The notes under the pieces: model-generated | What the model was told of the DNA's origin: nothing | Databases searched by the model: none | The model's input: the letters and a program-made list of their open reading frames with translations, nothing else | Shown here: in pieces, positions 19,212 through 28,986 of the stretch | Layout of the letters: every line of letters begins with the position of its first letter | How positions within the stretch are numbered: the first letter of the stretch is position 1 | Source: Patescibacteria group bacterium | GTDB lineage: Bacteria > Patescibacteriota > Dojkabacteria > J137 | DNA length: 64,000 nt | Reading direction: 5' to 3' | NCBI GenBank assembly: GCA_016861265.1 | Contig: BOLA01000001.1 | Coordinates: 598,229-662,228, forward strand | Position numbers and translations under genes: made by a program

Positions 19212-19842
19212 ATGTGTTGCCTCCATATTTCTATTGATTATGATAATTTTTCCGTTACAAAAAACATTGGCTTGGGAATACCCTTCTAATGATAGTGGCT
19301 ACCCCTACAGAGATTCAGAGGAAGATTTAGTCGATCAATGGAATACATACACAAGAAATTGTACTTCATACGTAATGTGGAAGATAAATCAAACGGGTAT
19401 GAGTTTTAATAATAATCCCACGGGACCCAACGGTAATTCTACAACTATGGGGAATGCTGGTAACTGGGATGAACATGCTTCTAACATAGGCTATACTGTT
19501 GATAGCAATCCCGGTGCAGGGGATGTGATGAATTGGGAAGCTAATAGTGGTGGTGCAGGAAGTGCAGGTCATGTCGCATGGGTAGAAAAAGTTAACGATA
19601 ATGGAACAGTATTTTTATCGGAATGGAATTGGAATTATGGAGATGGGTTATATTCTGAAAGAAATGGCTATAGTGGAGATCACTACCTACACATTGCAAC
19701 TACTAGTGTCTTAAATTGTACACAAATTCAAAATATAACAATTAATTCAGGACAAAATCTAAACTGTTCAAGTAGTAATGTTAGAGTATTGCCTGAATCT
19801 CTATTTAGTAGTGGTAGTAGTATTAATTTAAAATCTATATAA
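19204..19842 (+). CDS. secreted CHAP-domain peptidoglycan hydrolase (amidase/peptidase)
   Basis: Signal peptide. CHAP catalytic Cys context (RNCTSYVMWKI) and His context (SAGHVAWVEKV), with aromatic Gly/Asn-rich spacing typical of CHAP. Confidence 0.7.
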   Translation: MNKCVASIFLLIMIIFPLQKTLAWEYPSNDSGYPYRDSEEDLVDQWNTYTRNCTSYVMWKINQTGMSFNNNPTGPNGNSTTMGNAGNWDEHASNIGYTVDSNPGAGDVMNWEANSGGAGSAGHVAWVEKVNDNGTVFLSEWNWNYGDGLYSERNGYSGDHYLHIATTSVLNCTQIQNITINSGQNLNCSSSNVRVLPESLFSSGSSINLKSI

Positions 19843-19845
19843 AGA

Positions 19846-20412
19846 ATGAAAAGGAGATTAATAATATTAGCTTTTTTAGTATTTACTATAACCTTGTTGG
19901 TATTGCATTCTGTTAGTCAAATTCAGACCAACAAAAGTGCTAGTAGTGAGAATATTAATAAAAGTAATGAAGTGAAGGAAATTAATCCTAATGTTGAGTA
20001 CACACATCCCAGTGGTAAATTCTCCTACACTTACCCTGCATCTTGGGAGTTTGTACCAAAAAGAGAAGATATAGGACTAAGACCCTTAGAATACAGCGGT
20101 CCGTTGAAAAATGAAATTGTAACCATAATATATTTTGAGGAAAAGGGTAAGGATTTAAAAGCTTGGGCCAAGACATTTGATGGTGGGTACGATGAAGATT
20201 GGATTGAGAAAACCGTTTTCAACAAAAAAGCCCTCTACTATAACTATAATAGTGATAAGTTAGACAACATGATCTACTACTTTAGCAACGGTACAGATGC
20301 GGTAAAAGTTATGTTCAGAAAGTATTATGCTTTAGGGGTAGAGGGGCAACGCGATAATTCAAGATTCTTAGAAGATTTTGAACTAATTCTAAAAAGTTTC
20401 AAATTCAATTGA
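19846..20412 (+). CDS. hypothetical secreted protein
   Basis: Signal/TM at the N-terminus (LIILAFLVFTITLLVL). No family recognised. Confidence 0.4.
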   Translation: MKRRLIILAFLVFTITLLVLHSVSQIQTNKSASSENINKSNEVKEINPNVEYTHPSGKFSYTYPASWEFVPKREDIGLRPLEYSGPLKNEIVTIIYFEEKGKDLKAWAKTFDGGYDEDWIEKTVFNKKALYYNYNSDKLDNMIYYFSNGTDAVKVMFRKYYALGVEGQRDNSRFLEDFELILKSFKFN

Positions 20413-20434
20413 AACGGAGCCTTTCGGCTCCGTT
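20413..20434. terminator. bidirectional terminator hairpin (AACGGAGCC-TTTC-GGCTCCGTT) between convergent genes
   Basis: Perfect 9-bp stem directly after the stop at 20412 and 3' of minus-strand rny. Confidence 0.65.
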
Positions 20435-20456
20435 TATCTTCAATCTAAAGTCATTC

Positions 20457-22034
20457 TTACTTAGCTTCTTCTGTCGCTCTTAATTCTCTAATAACGTTAA
20501 CCTTAATAACACCAGGGTAGTTTTGGGTTTCCTCGATTTCTTTTGCAATTTTAAATGCCATAACTCTAGTATCTTCATCAGTTACATCTTCAGGTTTTAC
20601 AATAACTCTAACTTCTCGGCCAGCATGAATAGCATAAGCTTCTTTAACTCCACCATGCTTTCTTGCAATATCTTCTAAGGCTCTAACCCTCTTAATGTAT
20701 TCTTCGTAAGAATCTCTTCTTGCACCTGGTCTAGCACCAGAAATTGCATCAGCAATTCTTACAATCTCGGCTTCAATAAATTTTGCATCAATGTCGTAGT
20801 GGTGTGCTTCAATTGCGTTATACAATCTGTCGTTATTTTTAAAGTATTTTCTAGCAACTTCCCCAGAAATATGGTGGTGCTGCTTTCCTTCTTCAGGTGC
20901 AACTTTACCAATGTCATGTAATAAGCAAGCTAGTTTTACTGTTTGAACATCAGCTCCCATTTCAAGGGCTAACGATTCTCCAATCTTTACCATTTCTAGA
21001 GTATGCTTTACTAAGTTCTGTCCAAAGCTGAATCTATATTTAAATCTACCTAAAAGCATAATTACTTCTGTAGGAAGATTATTAAAGCCTGTCTCGTAGG
21101 CCATGTCTTCTCCAGTCTTTTTTATTACTTTTAATAAGTCCTTTTTTACTTTTTCAACTGTTTCCTCAATTGCTCCTGGGTGAACTCTTCCATCATCTAA
21201 AAGTTTTTTAAGTGCTAAAGCTCCAACTTCTCTTCTAATTGGATCGAAACAAGATAGTGTGACTTGATTAGGAGCCTCATCTACAATTAAATCTACTCCT
21301 GTTAATTTCTCGAAGGTTCTAATATTCCTACCATCCTTACCGATGATTTTTCCTTTCATTGCTTCGTCATCAATGGTGAATGTAGTTGTAGTTGTTTCCA
21401 CAACATAATCAGTTGCAGCATTAACCATTGTTTCAACTAAGATCTCTCGGGAAATTTCGTCATTTCGTAAGTTTATTTGATCCTGGTTTTCTCTAATTTT
21501 CTTAGCGAACCAGTCTTGAAGATCTCTTTCTACTTGGGCCTTAAGCTGAACCTCAGCTTCTTGCTTGGTGAGTCCGGCAATTTGTTGTAATTTTAATCCT
21601 AGTTCCTCTCTAACTTTTGTAACGTCTTTTTTGGCTTGCTCAAGACTTCTTTCTTTTGCTTCGATTGAATTGGCCCTTTCGTCAATGCTTTTAGCTCTAG
21701 ACAAAAGACCTCTTTCCCTATCGTCAAGAATTCGCTCCTGTTCTTTTAATTTCTCTCGAATGTCTCTTGCAGCTGCTTGAGCTTTACTTTCAAGCTCTAA
21801 TACATTTTTCTCAGCCTCTAATAATTTGTTTTTTGCAATCTGGCTCGCTTTCTCTATGGCTTGCTCTTCAGTCAAATTAGCCATTGATTTGCCTTTTTCA
21901 ATCGCTGCTGCAACTTGTTTTGCAGCTTCTTCCTTAACTTTTTTATTCTGATTGTTAAGATAGAACGCAACTACTCCAAAAAGAGTGGCAAGAACCAGCA
22001 AAACTGCTAAAACAAGCAATAATGCTACGTCCAT
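20457..22034 (-). CDS. rny: ribonuclease Y
   Basis: N-terminal TM, coiled-coil region, KH domain (IIGKDGRNIRTFEKLTGVDLIVD) and HD domain (LLHDIGK). Length 525 aa. Confidence 0.9.
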   Translation of the reverse strand: MDVALLLVLAVLLVLATLFGVVAFYLNNQNKKVKEEAAKQVAAAIEKGKSMANLTEEQAIEKASQIAKNKLLEAEKNVLELESKAQAAARDIREKLKEQERILDDRERGLLSRAKSIDERANSIEAKERSLEQAKKDVTKVREELGLKLQQIAGLTKQEAEVQLKAQVERDLQDWFAKKIRENQDQINLRNDEISREILVETMVNAATDYVVETTTTTFTIDDEAMKGKIIGKDGRNIRTFEKLTGVDLIVDEAPNQVTLSCFDPIRREVGALALKKLLDDGRVHPGAIEETVEKVKKDLLKVIKKTGEDMAYETGFNNLPTEVIMLLGRFKYRFSFGQNLVKHTLEMVKIGESLALEMGADVQTVKLACLLHDIGKVAPEEGKQHHHISGEVARKYFKNNDRLYNAIEAHHYDIDAKFIEAEIVRIADAISGARPGARRDSYEEYIKRVRALEDIARKHGGVKEAYAIHAGREVRVIVKPEDVTDEDTRVMAFKIAKEIEETQNYPGVIKVNVIRELRATEEAK

Positions 22035-22242
22035 ACATTAAATATTAAAAATTTATGCTGTAGAGAATTGCCGAAGTATAGATCAGTACAAAGATATACC
22101 AGTATCTAGGTACGCGAATAGTATTTTTGAATTAATTAATTGTTTAATTTTTTCTATAAGACTAATGTTCATTTAGATCAGTACGTTCAGTAATTTATCT
22201 ACTGATAGCAATTATACCTTAAATCTAGCCAATTTTGGGGAT

Positions 22243-23466
22243 TTACAATTTGAATACATCCATTAAAAAGTCGGTAAATGTTCTCTTTTTCTTCACCTGT
22301 GGCAGCATAGTTTGAGACTGAGTCTGCAACTGTGTCTTCATAGAGTCAATGTGGCCTCCATGAACAATTATATTGTTTTTGGAAAGTTCCTGGTGTAATC
22401 GTGCAATAAGTAAGTTCTTATGTTCTAAAAGCTGGTTCATGCTGTTGTACATAGCCTTATTGTCCTGATTGTTGGCTTTAAGCTGGTCAATTTCTGCATT
22501 TAACCTGTTTACCTTATCGTTTAATTCCTTAAACTCCAGCGCTTCTTTTACTAATTTTGCATGGTCGTCTCCTTCTACAAGTTTCTTTAATAGTTCCATT
22601 TCGGCAACCCCAGTGTTTAAATGATAGTTTAAATCATTTTGACTTGGTTCCTTTCCTAAAACTTTTAGAAATACCTTTTTTATCATTTCTTTTCTTTCCT
22701 CACGATCCATTAGTATAGGTTTATTTGGAGTTGTGGAGTTGAATGGTGAGCTCGGATTGTTAAAAGATGATAATGGGGAGTTCCCAGCAAAACCAGGGGC
22801 TTTAGGAGCTTGGGGAGCGAAAGGGGATGGTGATGTAAAACTAGGCATTGGTGTTCTTCCTCCATTAAAGGCTGGTAAGGCTTTTGCTGTATATTTTAAC
22901 TTTGGCGCTACATTCACAATATACTCATTAACTGAGTCTGCGATTGCTTTTGCCAATTCATCAAGCTTGCTTTCGTCTTTTAGAATTTGAATATCATCCG
23001 AATTATCAATGTAAAGACATTCTATTGCTGTAGAAATAACATTTGATTGGTTCAGAATTATAAGTGAGCCCAATTCATGCTCGTATTCACTTTTTACTCC
23101 TTGATTTTGATACCCTGTAATTTTGCAGATTCCTTCAACTATTGAGTCTGCAAATATTTTGGAGTTATTGTCCGGAGATGCAGCTCCCTCAAACCAGCCT
23201 TCAATTCCTCTTTTTCCACCATCATTAACATGAATTTCAAGGAAAATGTCTCCAAGTTCTCTGGAATACCCTGTTTCTTTTATCCAATCAATTCTTTTTA
23301 ATAGTTGAAGATCTAAGGGTACGGCCTGGTACTCAATTTTGTGAGAATCTAAGTAGGGTAGAGTCTTCTTTAAAATTTTTCTTGTAATATCAGCTTCTCG
23401 TAAATCTCCGAAAACCTCACCGGGATTTTCTAATGTATGAGCAGCAGATATGAGTAACCTTGGCAT
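22243..23466 (-). CDS. N-acetylmuramoyl-L-alanine amidase family (Amidase_3-like) domain fused to a Pro-rich linker and a C-terminal coiled coil
   Basis: N-terminal 180 aa align block-for-block with Amidase_3 (SAAHT for AGHGG, EIHVND for SIHANA, GVKSE..LIILNQSNVISTAIECLYIDN for the C-terminal block). The rest is a P/S/N-rich linker plus heptad-rich helices. Confidence 0.6.
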   Translation of the reverse strand: MPRLLISAAHTLENPGEVFGDLREADITRKILKKTLPYLDSHKIEYQAVPLDLQLLKRIDWIKETGYSRELGDIFLEIHVNDGGKRGIEGWFEGAASPDNNSKIFADSIVEGICKITGYQNQGVKSEYEHELGSLIILNQSNVISTAIECLYIDNSDDIQILKDESKLDELAKAIADSVNEYIVNVAPKLKYTAKALPAFNGGRTPMPSFTSPSPFAPQAPKAPGFAGNSPLSSFNNPSSPFNSTTPNKPILMDREERKEMIKKVFLKVLGKEPSQNDLNYHLNTGVAEMELLKKLVEGDDHAKLVKEALEFKELNDKVNRLNAEIDQLKANNQDNKAMYNSMNQLLEHKNLLIARLHQELSKNNIIVHGGHIDSMKTQLQTQSQTMLPQVKKKRTFTDFLMDVFKL

Positions 23467-23517
23467 TTGAGTCCTTTAATTTCTAAATACACAAAGATTT
23501 TACTATTTTTTTTATAT

Positions 23518-24375
23518 TTACAGAAGCTTATCGACAATCTTATCTAGCTCGTTGTCGTTTTTGAAAGGAATTACGATTTTTCCACCCTTTTGAGATCGGG
23601 CAAGTGTTACAGTGTTCCCGAACTTGGTCCTTAAAGAACTTTCGAGTTCAGTTGTCTTTTCATCCAATATTCTCATGTCTTTTCTTTTTGTAACCTGTTT
23701 ACCTGTGTTTAATCTTCTTACTAATTCTTCAACTGCTCTTACCGAAAGATTGTCTCTAATTGTAATTTTGAATGCAGCAATTAATGTTTCTGGTTTGTGT
23801 AAACCTAGCAGGGCTCTTGCATGTCCTTCGGAAATCTTTTCTTCTAGAAGTGCTCTTTTTATTTCTTCAGGCAGACTTAAAAGTCTTATTTTATTTGCAA
23901 TTGCTGGTCTACTAAGTCCAATCTTCTTTGATATGACTTCGTGGGTCATGTTGAATGTTGTTACCAGTTGCTGAAATGCCAGTGCTTCTTCCAAAGGATT
24001 TAGATCCGCTCTTTGAACATTTTCTACAATAGCAAGTTCAAGCATTTCTTGTGGTGACGATTCCTTTATTACAACAGGAACAGTTTCCATTCCGGCTAGT
24101 TTAGCTGCTCTCCATCTTCTTTCTCCGGCAATTAACTCGTATTTGTTAGAATCTTTTTTTGTTACCAGCAAAGGCTCAATAACACCATGCTCCCTAATGG
24201 AATCTGCTAGTTCCACTAAGTTTTCAGGATTCATTTCAATTCTTGGTTGATAAGGATTTGGAACAATTAAATTTATTGGCAGATTAGGTATATACCCTTG
24301 TGAGATATCAGGTATAGAATTTGCGTTTATTAATGCTGAAAGTCCTTTTCCTAATCCGGATTTTTTCTCTGCCAT
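23518..24375 (-). CDS. parB: chromosome partitioning protein ParB/Spo0J
   Basis: GLGKGLSALI, ParB box (YELIAGERRWRAAKLAG), HTH region. Confidence 0.9.
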   Translation of the reverse strand: MAEKKSGLGKGLSALINANSIPDISQGYIPNLPINLIVPNPYQPRIEMNPENLVELADSIREHGVIEPLLVTKKDSNKYELIAGERRWRAAKLAGMETVPVVIKESSPQEMLELAIVENVQRADLNPLEEALAFQQLVTTFNMTHEVISKKIGLSRPAIANKIRLLSLPEEIKRALLEEKISEGHARALLGLHKPETLIAAFKITIRDNLSVRAVEELVRRLNTGKQVTKRKDMRILDEKTTELESSLRTKFGNTVTLARSQKGGKIVIPFKNDNELDKIVDKLL

Positions 24376-24429
24376 ATAAAAGTATGATTTCTAAGCTATT
24401 AATAATCTTGTCACAAAACACTCACCACT

Positions 24430-25251
24430 TCAAGAATTTTTACTGAAATTAGGCCTTTTCATAACCTTATCAAATCTTTTGATTATTTCATCTGTAAGGT
24501 TTTCGTATGCAAGCCCACCAGCAGATGTTCTAGCGTATTCATAAATTGAAAGTCCGTGAGAGGGAGCTTCGGATAATCTAATATTTCTTGGAATAACAGA
24601 TTTAAAGAGCTTGGTATTAAAGTATTTTTCAATTTCGCTTGCGACATCTTTACTTAAGTTTGTTCTATTGTCGTACATTGTAAGTACAACACCGCCGATT
24701 TCCATTGTAGGGTTCAAAGACCCTTTTATTAATGTGATTGTATTTACAAGTTGTCCTAAGCCTTCTAATGCAAAGTATTCAGACTGAACAGGAATTAAAA
24801 CTTTATCAGCTGCTACAAGGCTATTAATTGTTAATAACCCCAGTGATGGTGGGCAATCAATTAGTACATAGTCGTAATTGTCTTTAATTGGTTCTAGCGC
24901 TTTTTTTAGAATGTTTTCTCTAGATAGAGCACCAACAATTTCTACTTCTGCCCCTGCTAATTCAATCCCCGATGGGATGATGTCCAGATTTTCTATTCTT
25001 GTAGTTTGTACTACTTCGGTTACTGGTGTTTTATTTACCAGTAAATCGTAAACAGTTTTGTATTCTTTATTGTTTAACTCTTCAATATCGTTTGGCTGGT
25101 GTAATATTCCTAATCCTGAAGAGAGGTTAGCCTGTGGATCAATATCTATTAGTAGAACCTTTTTATCCTTTGTGGCTAGGAAAACTCCGAGGTTTAATAC
25201 AGTGGTAGTTTTCCCAACTCCACCTTTTTGATTAGTAACTGCAAATATCAT
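24430..25251 (-). CDS. parA: chromosome partitioning ATPase ParA/Soj
   Basis: Deviant Walker A (IFAVTNQKGGVGKTTT). Upstream of and co-oriented with parB. Confidence 0.9.
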   Translation of the reverse strand: MIFAVTNQKGGVGKTTTVLNLGVFLATKDKKVLLIDIDPQANLSSGLGILHQPNDIEELNNKEYKTVYDLLVNKTPVTEVVQTTRIENLDIIPSGIELAGAEVEIVGALSRENILKKALEPIKDNYDYVLIDCPPSLGLLTINSLVAADKVLIPVQSEYFALEGLGQLVNTITLIKGSLNPTMEIGGVVLTMYDNRTNLSKDVASEIEKYFNTKLFKSVIPRNIRLSEAPSHGLSIYEYARTSAGGLAYENLTDEIIKRFDKVMKRPNFSKNS

Positions 25252-25289
25252 ACTTACAAATTACAGGAATAATCGATTTTAGGCAACTT

Positions 25290-25913
25290 TCAAATATTGT
25301 AATTTGGCTTACTAAATAAAGAGAATCTTGTTATAGGCCAGTACCTGGCAATAACCCTACCTTTTATCCAGTCCTTATTTATAAGTCCAATCTCGGAATA
25401 TCTAGAATCCAGACTATCCATTCTATTATCACCTAGAACAAAATATCGTCCCTCAGGAATTAGGATTTCTTCACCACTATTTAATGCAAAATCCCCTCCC
25501 ACTGTGTAAACATTATTAATATATTCTTCTTCTAGTAGACTTCCATTAACAAAAATATGTCCATTGTGAATTGAAATTCTTTCTCCTGGCATACCTACTA
25601 TTCTTTTTACAAAATCTTTGTGACCTGGTTTTTGAAAAACCACAATATCTCCTCGTGAGTACTGCAGACCCAGCCTATCGCTTATTTGGTTAAGAATCTT
25701 ATCAATTTTATCTGTGATTATTAAATCGCTGTTTATTAGATTAGGAATCATGGAATCTCCTTCTATTTGGTTAGGAGCTGCAACGAAAATATAGAAGAAG
25801 GTACATAAAACTAATACAAATCCAGCAGTCCTAAAGAAGTCGTAAACTTCCAGCGGAAGTTTTAGTCCGTATATATTTACGACTTCTTCTGTTTTGTATT
25901 GTTCATTTTCCAT
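25290..25913 (-). CDS. lepB: signal peptidase I
   Basis: Catalytic Ser box (EGDSMIPNL), Lys box (KRIVGMPGE) and GDNRMDSLDSR. Confidence 0.85.
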   Translation of the reverse strand: MENEQYKTEEVVNIYGLKLPLEVYDFFRTAGFVLVLCTFFYIFVAAPNQIEGDSMIPNLINSDLIITDKIDKILNQISDRLGLQYSRGDIVVFQKPGHKDFVKRIVGMPGERISIHNGHIFVNGSLLEEEYINNVYTVGGDFALNSGEEILIPEGRYFVLGDNRMDSLDSRYSEIGLINKDWIKGRVIARYWPITRFSLFSKPNYNI

Positions 25914-28888
25914 TAACCAGCATTGATTTCCCCTTCGATCTCCCTTGACTCAACTTCCATTACAAAAGGAGTTTCAATTTCCTCTACAAATTCAATTGAT
26001 GTCGCACTTACAGTCTTTTTTATTGATTCTACATTTCTTTCGATTGTCTGTCTTAAGACTTGGTCACTAGGTTTAAGCTTTATACTAATAGTCTGACCCT
26101 GTTGTAATCCCATCTTCTTTCGCTGAGACTGCAGTGCCCTAGTTAGTTCCCGTACAAAACCTTCATCTTTTAGTTCATCAGTTAATTTGGTTTCTAAGCC
26201 GATTAATACTTTTATATTTGTATCTTCGTTAATTTTTAGTGTATCTGTTTCGTGGATTACAGCTTTATCTAATACATCTTTTACATTTAATTCATTTTTA
26301 ATCATTTCACTCATCCATTCAGTGATTACAGGCACAACTTCGTTTGTACTTTGAACCTGAAGTTCACTTAATGGCTGTCTCACTTTCATTTGATTGTTAA
26401 CTCTTAAGGTATGTCCCATTTCGCAAATCTTTCTTACAATCTGCATTTCATCTGCAAGTCTAGAATATTGCTCAATATAGGCTCTATCTACTTCAGGATA
26501 GTCAGTTAAGTGTATTGATTCTTTTGCTCCATCTAATTTACTTACTACCAATTCTCTATACATGTAATCAGTAATAAACGGTGTGAATGGGGCAAGTAGT
26601 TTTAATATCTCGATAAACACATAGTAAAGAGTCTCAATTGAATTCTGATTGCCTTCTGCGAAATTTTCCCTAGAGCTTCTAATAAACCATTTTGAGGTAT
26701 CATCAACCAGTTCTTTAATGGCTTTGGTAGCCTTAGGAATATCGTATGCAGTTAATGCTAACTCAGAATTGTGAATAGTTTCCTGTAGTCTATAGATTAT
26801 CCACGCATTTATCTCGTTTTCAATGTCATCAAATGGAATATGATCCCATGGGTGAGCATCATCAATATTCTTCCTTGAGTTATATGCAAGCTCTTCCCTT
26901 GGTGACCAATTATGAATATTTGCGTAGGTTGTAAGGTAGGCGAATATATTCCACAGCGGAAGAATGTATTCTTGCGTTTGAGTCTTTAATGTTTTACTAC
27001 TTATAGTTGTATCCTCTCCGGCACAAATTGGCGTTGTAAAAAAGTTGCTTCTAATTGCATCTGCACCAAAAGATTCAATCATTGTTTTAGGTTCAGTATA
27101 ATTTCCTTTAGATTTACTTAACTTAACACCATTATCGTCTAGAACAAATCCGCTCATTACAACATTTTCGTAGGCCTCTTTATTAAATAAGCTAGTAGAA
27201 ATTGCCAGAAGAGAGTAGAACCAACCTCTTGTTTGGTCAACACTCTCTGCAATGTATTGTGCAGGAAATTTCTTATCAAATTTTTCTTTATTTTCGAATG
27301 GATAGTGGAATCTAGCAAAAGGCATTGCTCCAGAATCGTACCAAACATCCAGAACGTCAGGAATTCTCTTGTAGGTTTCACCGTCTTTTTCAAATGTAAT
27401 ATCGTCAATGTATGGTCTGTGAGGATCGTTTACCTCAACCCCAGAGAACTCCTTGAGTTCTTGATAGGAACCTATAATTATTGTTTTTCCAGATTCGGAC
27501 TTCCATACAGGTATTGGTGTTCCCCAGTATCTAGTTCTAGAAATTCCCCAATCTTTGATTTCTGCTAACCAGTTACCGAATCTTCCATATTTAACATGTT
27601 TAGGTGTCCAGTTAATTTTTTCGTTGTTATCTACCAATTGCTGTCTTAAATTGCTCATGGCAATGTACCAAGATGTAATTGGCTTATAGATTAAAGGTGT
27701 GTTTGTTCGCCAGCACATTGGCATTTCGTGTTCATAATCTTCGTGCTTAAATAGAACATTTGTTGTTTTTAAATCTTCAATTATCTTTGGATTAGCATCT
27801 CTGTAATTTAATCCGGCATATGGAGCAATTTCAGATTTAAAATCCCCTTGATCATCTAAATAGTCAAAACTTTCAATTCCTACTTTTACAAAGATGTCAT
27901 TGTCTTCGGCACCATACGGAGCAAGATGAACAATTCCTGTACCTGAATCTGTAGTTACGTGATCTCCTGTATAAATTATGTGAGCATTTTTCCTACCCTT
28001 GTAAAATGCAAATGGAGGAATGTATTTCTTACCCAGCAAGTCATCAACTTTAACCTCTGCTAAAACTTCATGTTCAATATTTTTGAACACACTCTCTACC
28101 AAATCTTTGGCTACAATGTAATTTTTATCGCTTCCTACTTTCTTTACTTTTACGTAAATTATTTCTTTTCCTAAGGCTAAACCTAAGTTACCAGGAATTG
28201 TCCAAGGAGTAGTAGTCCAAGCCAATAGTACAGTCATTGGATCCTCTTCCAGCGGAAATTCCACAGTTATTGCTGGGTCTACAAATTTTTTATATCCCCC
28301 CAACGCAACTTCTGCATTAGATAAAGTAGTTCCTGCTCTGGTGGAGTATGGTACGACCTTGAATCCTTCGTAAAGCAAGCCTTTAGTATGTAATTCTTTT
28401 AAAGACCACCAGATAGATTCAATATAGGATTTATCCATTGTCTGATATTCTTCATCGGAGTTAGTTAGCCTTCCCATTAACTCTTCTAATTCAATAATCT
28501 TATCTTTGAACTCTAGTACAGACGCTTTACAAAGCTCATTAAACTTATCTATTCCAAATTTAACAATGTCCTTTTTTTCCTTAAAACCAAGTCTTTTTTC
28601 AATTTCATATTCAACAGGTAGTCCCTGACAATCCCAGCCTAGAGATCTGGCAACTTTATATCCCTTCATGGTCCAGTATCTAGGGTACAAGTCCTTCATG
28701 GCAAAAGTGAGCATGTGCCCATGATGAGGACTTCCATTTGCGGTTATTGGTCCATCGTAGAATGTTTTTGTTTTATCATCTGATCTTTGGTCAATAGATT
28801 TGTCTAGAATATTATTACTTTTCCAAAATTTTAATATCTCTTGTTCTAACTCGAAGAAGTTCTGCTTGGGATTGGGCTTGTTAAACAT
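25913..28888 (-). CDS. ileS: isoleucyl-tRNA synthetase
   Basis: HIGH-type motif (PHHGHMLTF), KMSKS (KLSKSKGN), the IleRS editing/CP1 signature TTPWTIPGNLGLA and about 990 aa. Confidence 0.95.
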   Translation of the reverse strand: MFNKPNPKQNFFELEQEILKFWKSNNILDKSIDQRSDDKTKTFYDGPITANGSPHHGHMLTFAMKDLYPRYWTMKGYKVARSLGWDCQGLPVEYEIEKRLGFKEKKDIVKFGIDKFNELCKASVLEFKDKIIELEELMGRLTNSDEEYQTMDKSYIESIWWSLKELHTKGLLYEGFKVVPYSTRAGTTLSNAEVALGGYKKFVDPAITVEFPLEEDPMTVLLAWTTTPWTIPGNLGLALGKEIIYVKVKKVGSDKNYIVAKDLVESVFKNIEHEVLAEVKVDDLLGKKYIPPFAFYKGRKNAHIIYTGDHVTTDSGTGIVHLAPYGAEDNDIFVKVGIESFDYLDDQGDFKSEIAPYAGLNYRDANPKIIEDLKTTNVLFKHEDYEHEMPMCWRTNTPLIYKPITSWYIAMSNLRQQLVDNNEKINWTPKHVKYGRFGNWLAEIKDWGISRTRYWGTPIPVWKSESGKTIIIGSYQELKEFSGVEVNDPHRPYIDDITFEKDGETYKRIPDVLDVWYDSGAMPFARFHYPFENKEKFDKKFPAQYIAESVDQTRGWFYSLLAISTSLFNKEAYENVVMSGFVLDDNGVKLSKSKGNYTEPKTMIESFGADAIRSNFFTTPICAGEDTTISSKTLKTQTQEYILPLWNIFAYLTTYANIHNWSPREELAYNSRKNIDDAHPWDHIPFDDIENEINAWIIYRLQETIHNSELALTAYDIPKATKAIKELVDDTSKWFIRSSRENFAEGNQNSIETLYYVFIEILKLLAPFTPFITDYMYRELVVSKLDGAKESIHLTDYPEVDRAYIEQYSRLADEMQIVRKICEMGHTLRVNNQMKVRQPLSELQVQSTNEVVPVITEWMSEMIKNELNVKDVLDKAVIHETDTLKINEDTNIKVLIGLETKLTDELKDEGFVRELTRALQSQRKKMGLQQGQTISIKLKPSDQVLRQTIERNVESIKKTVSATSIEFVEEIETPFVMEVESREIEGEINAG

Positions 28889-28986
28889 ATGTTAATTAAT
28901 AAATACTAGTTCCGTTAATTTTAACCTTAAAGCTCAACACAGGCAATAAAGTTCAATGTAGAATAAGAGAATGTTAAAATCAATTT

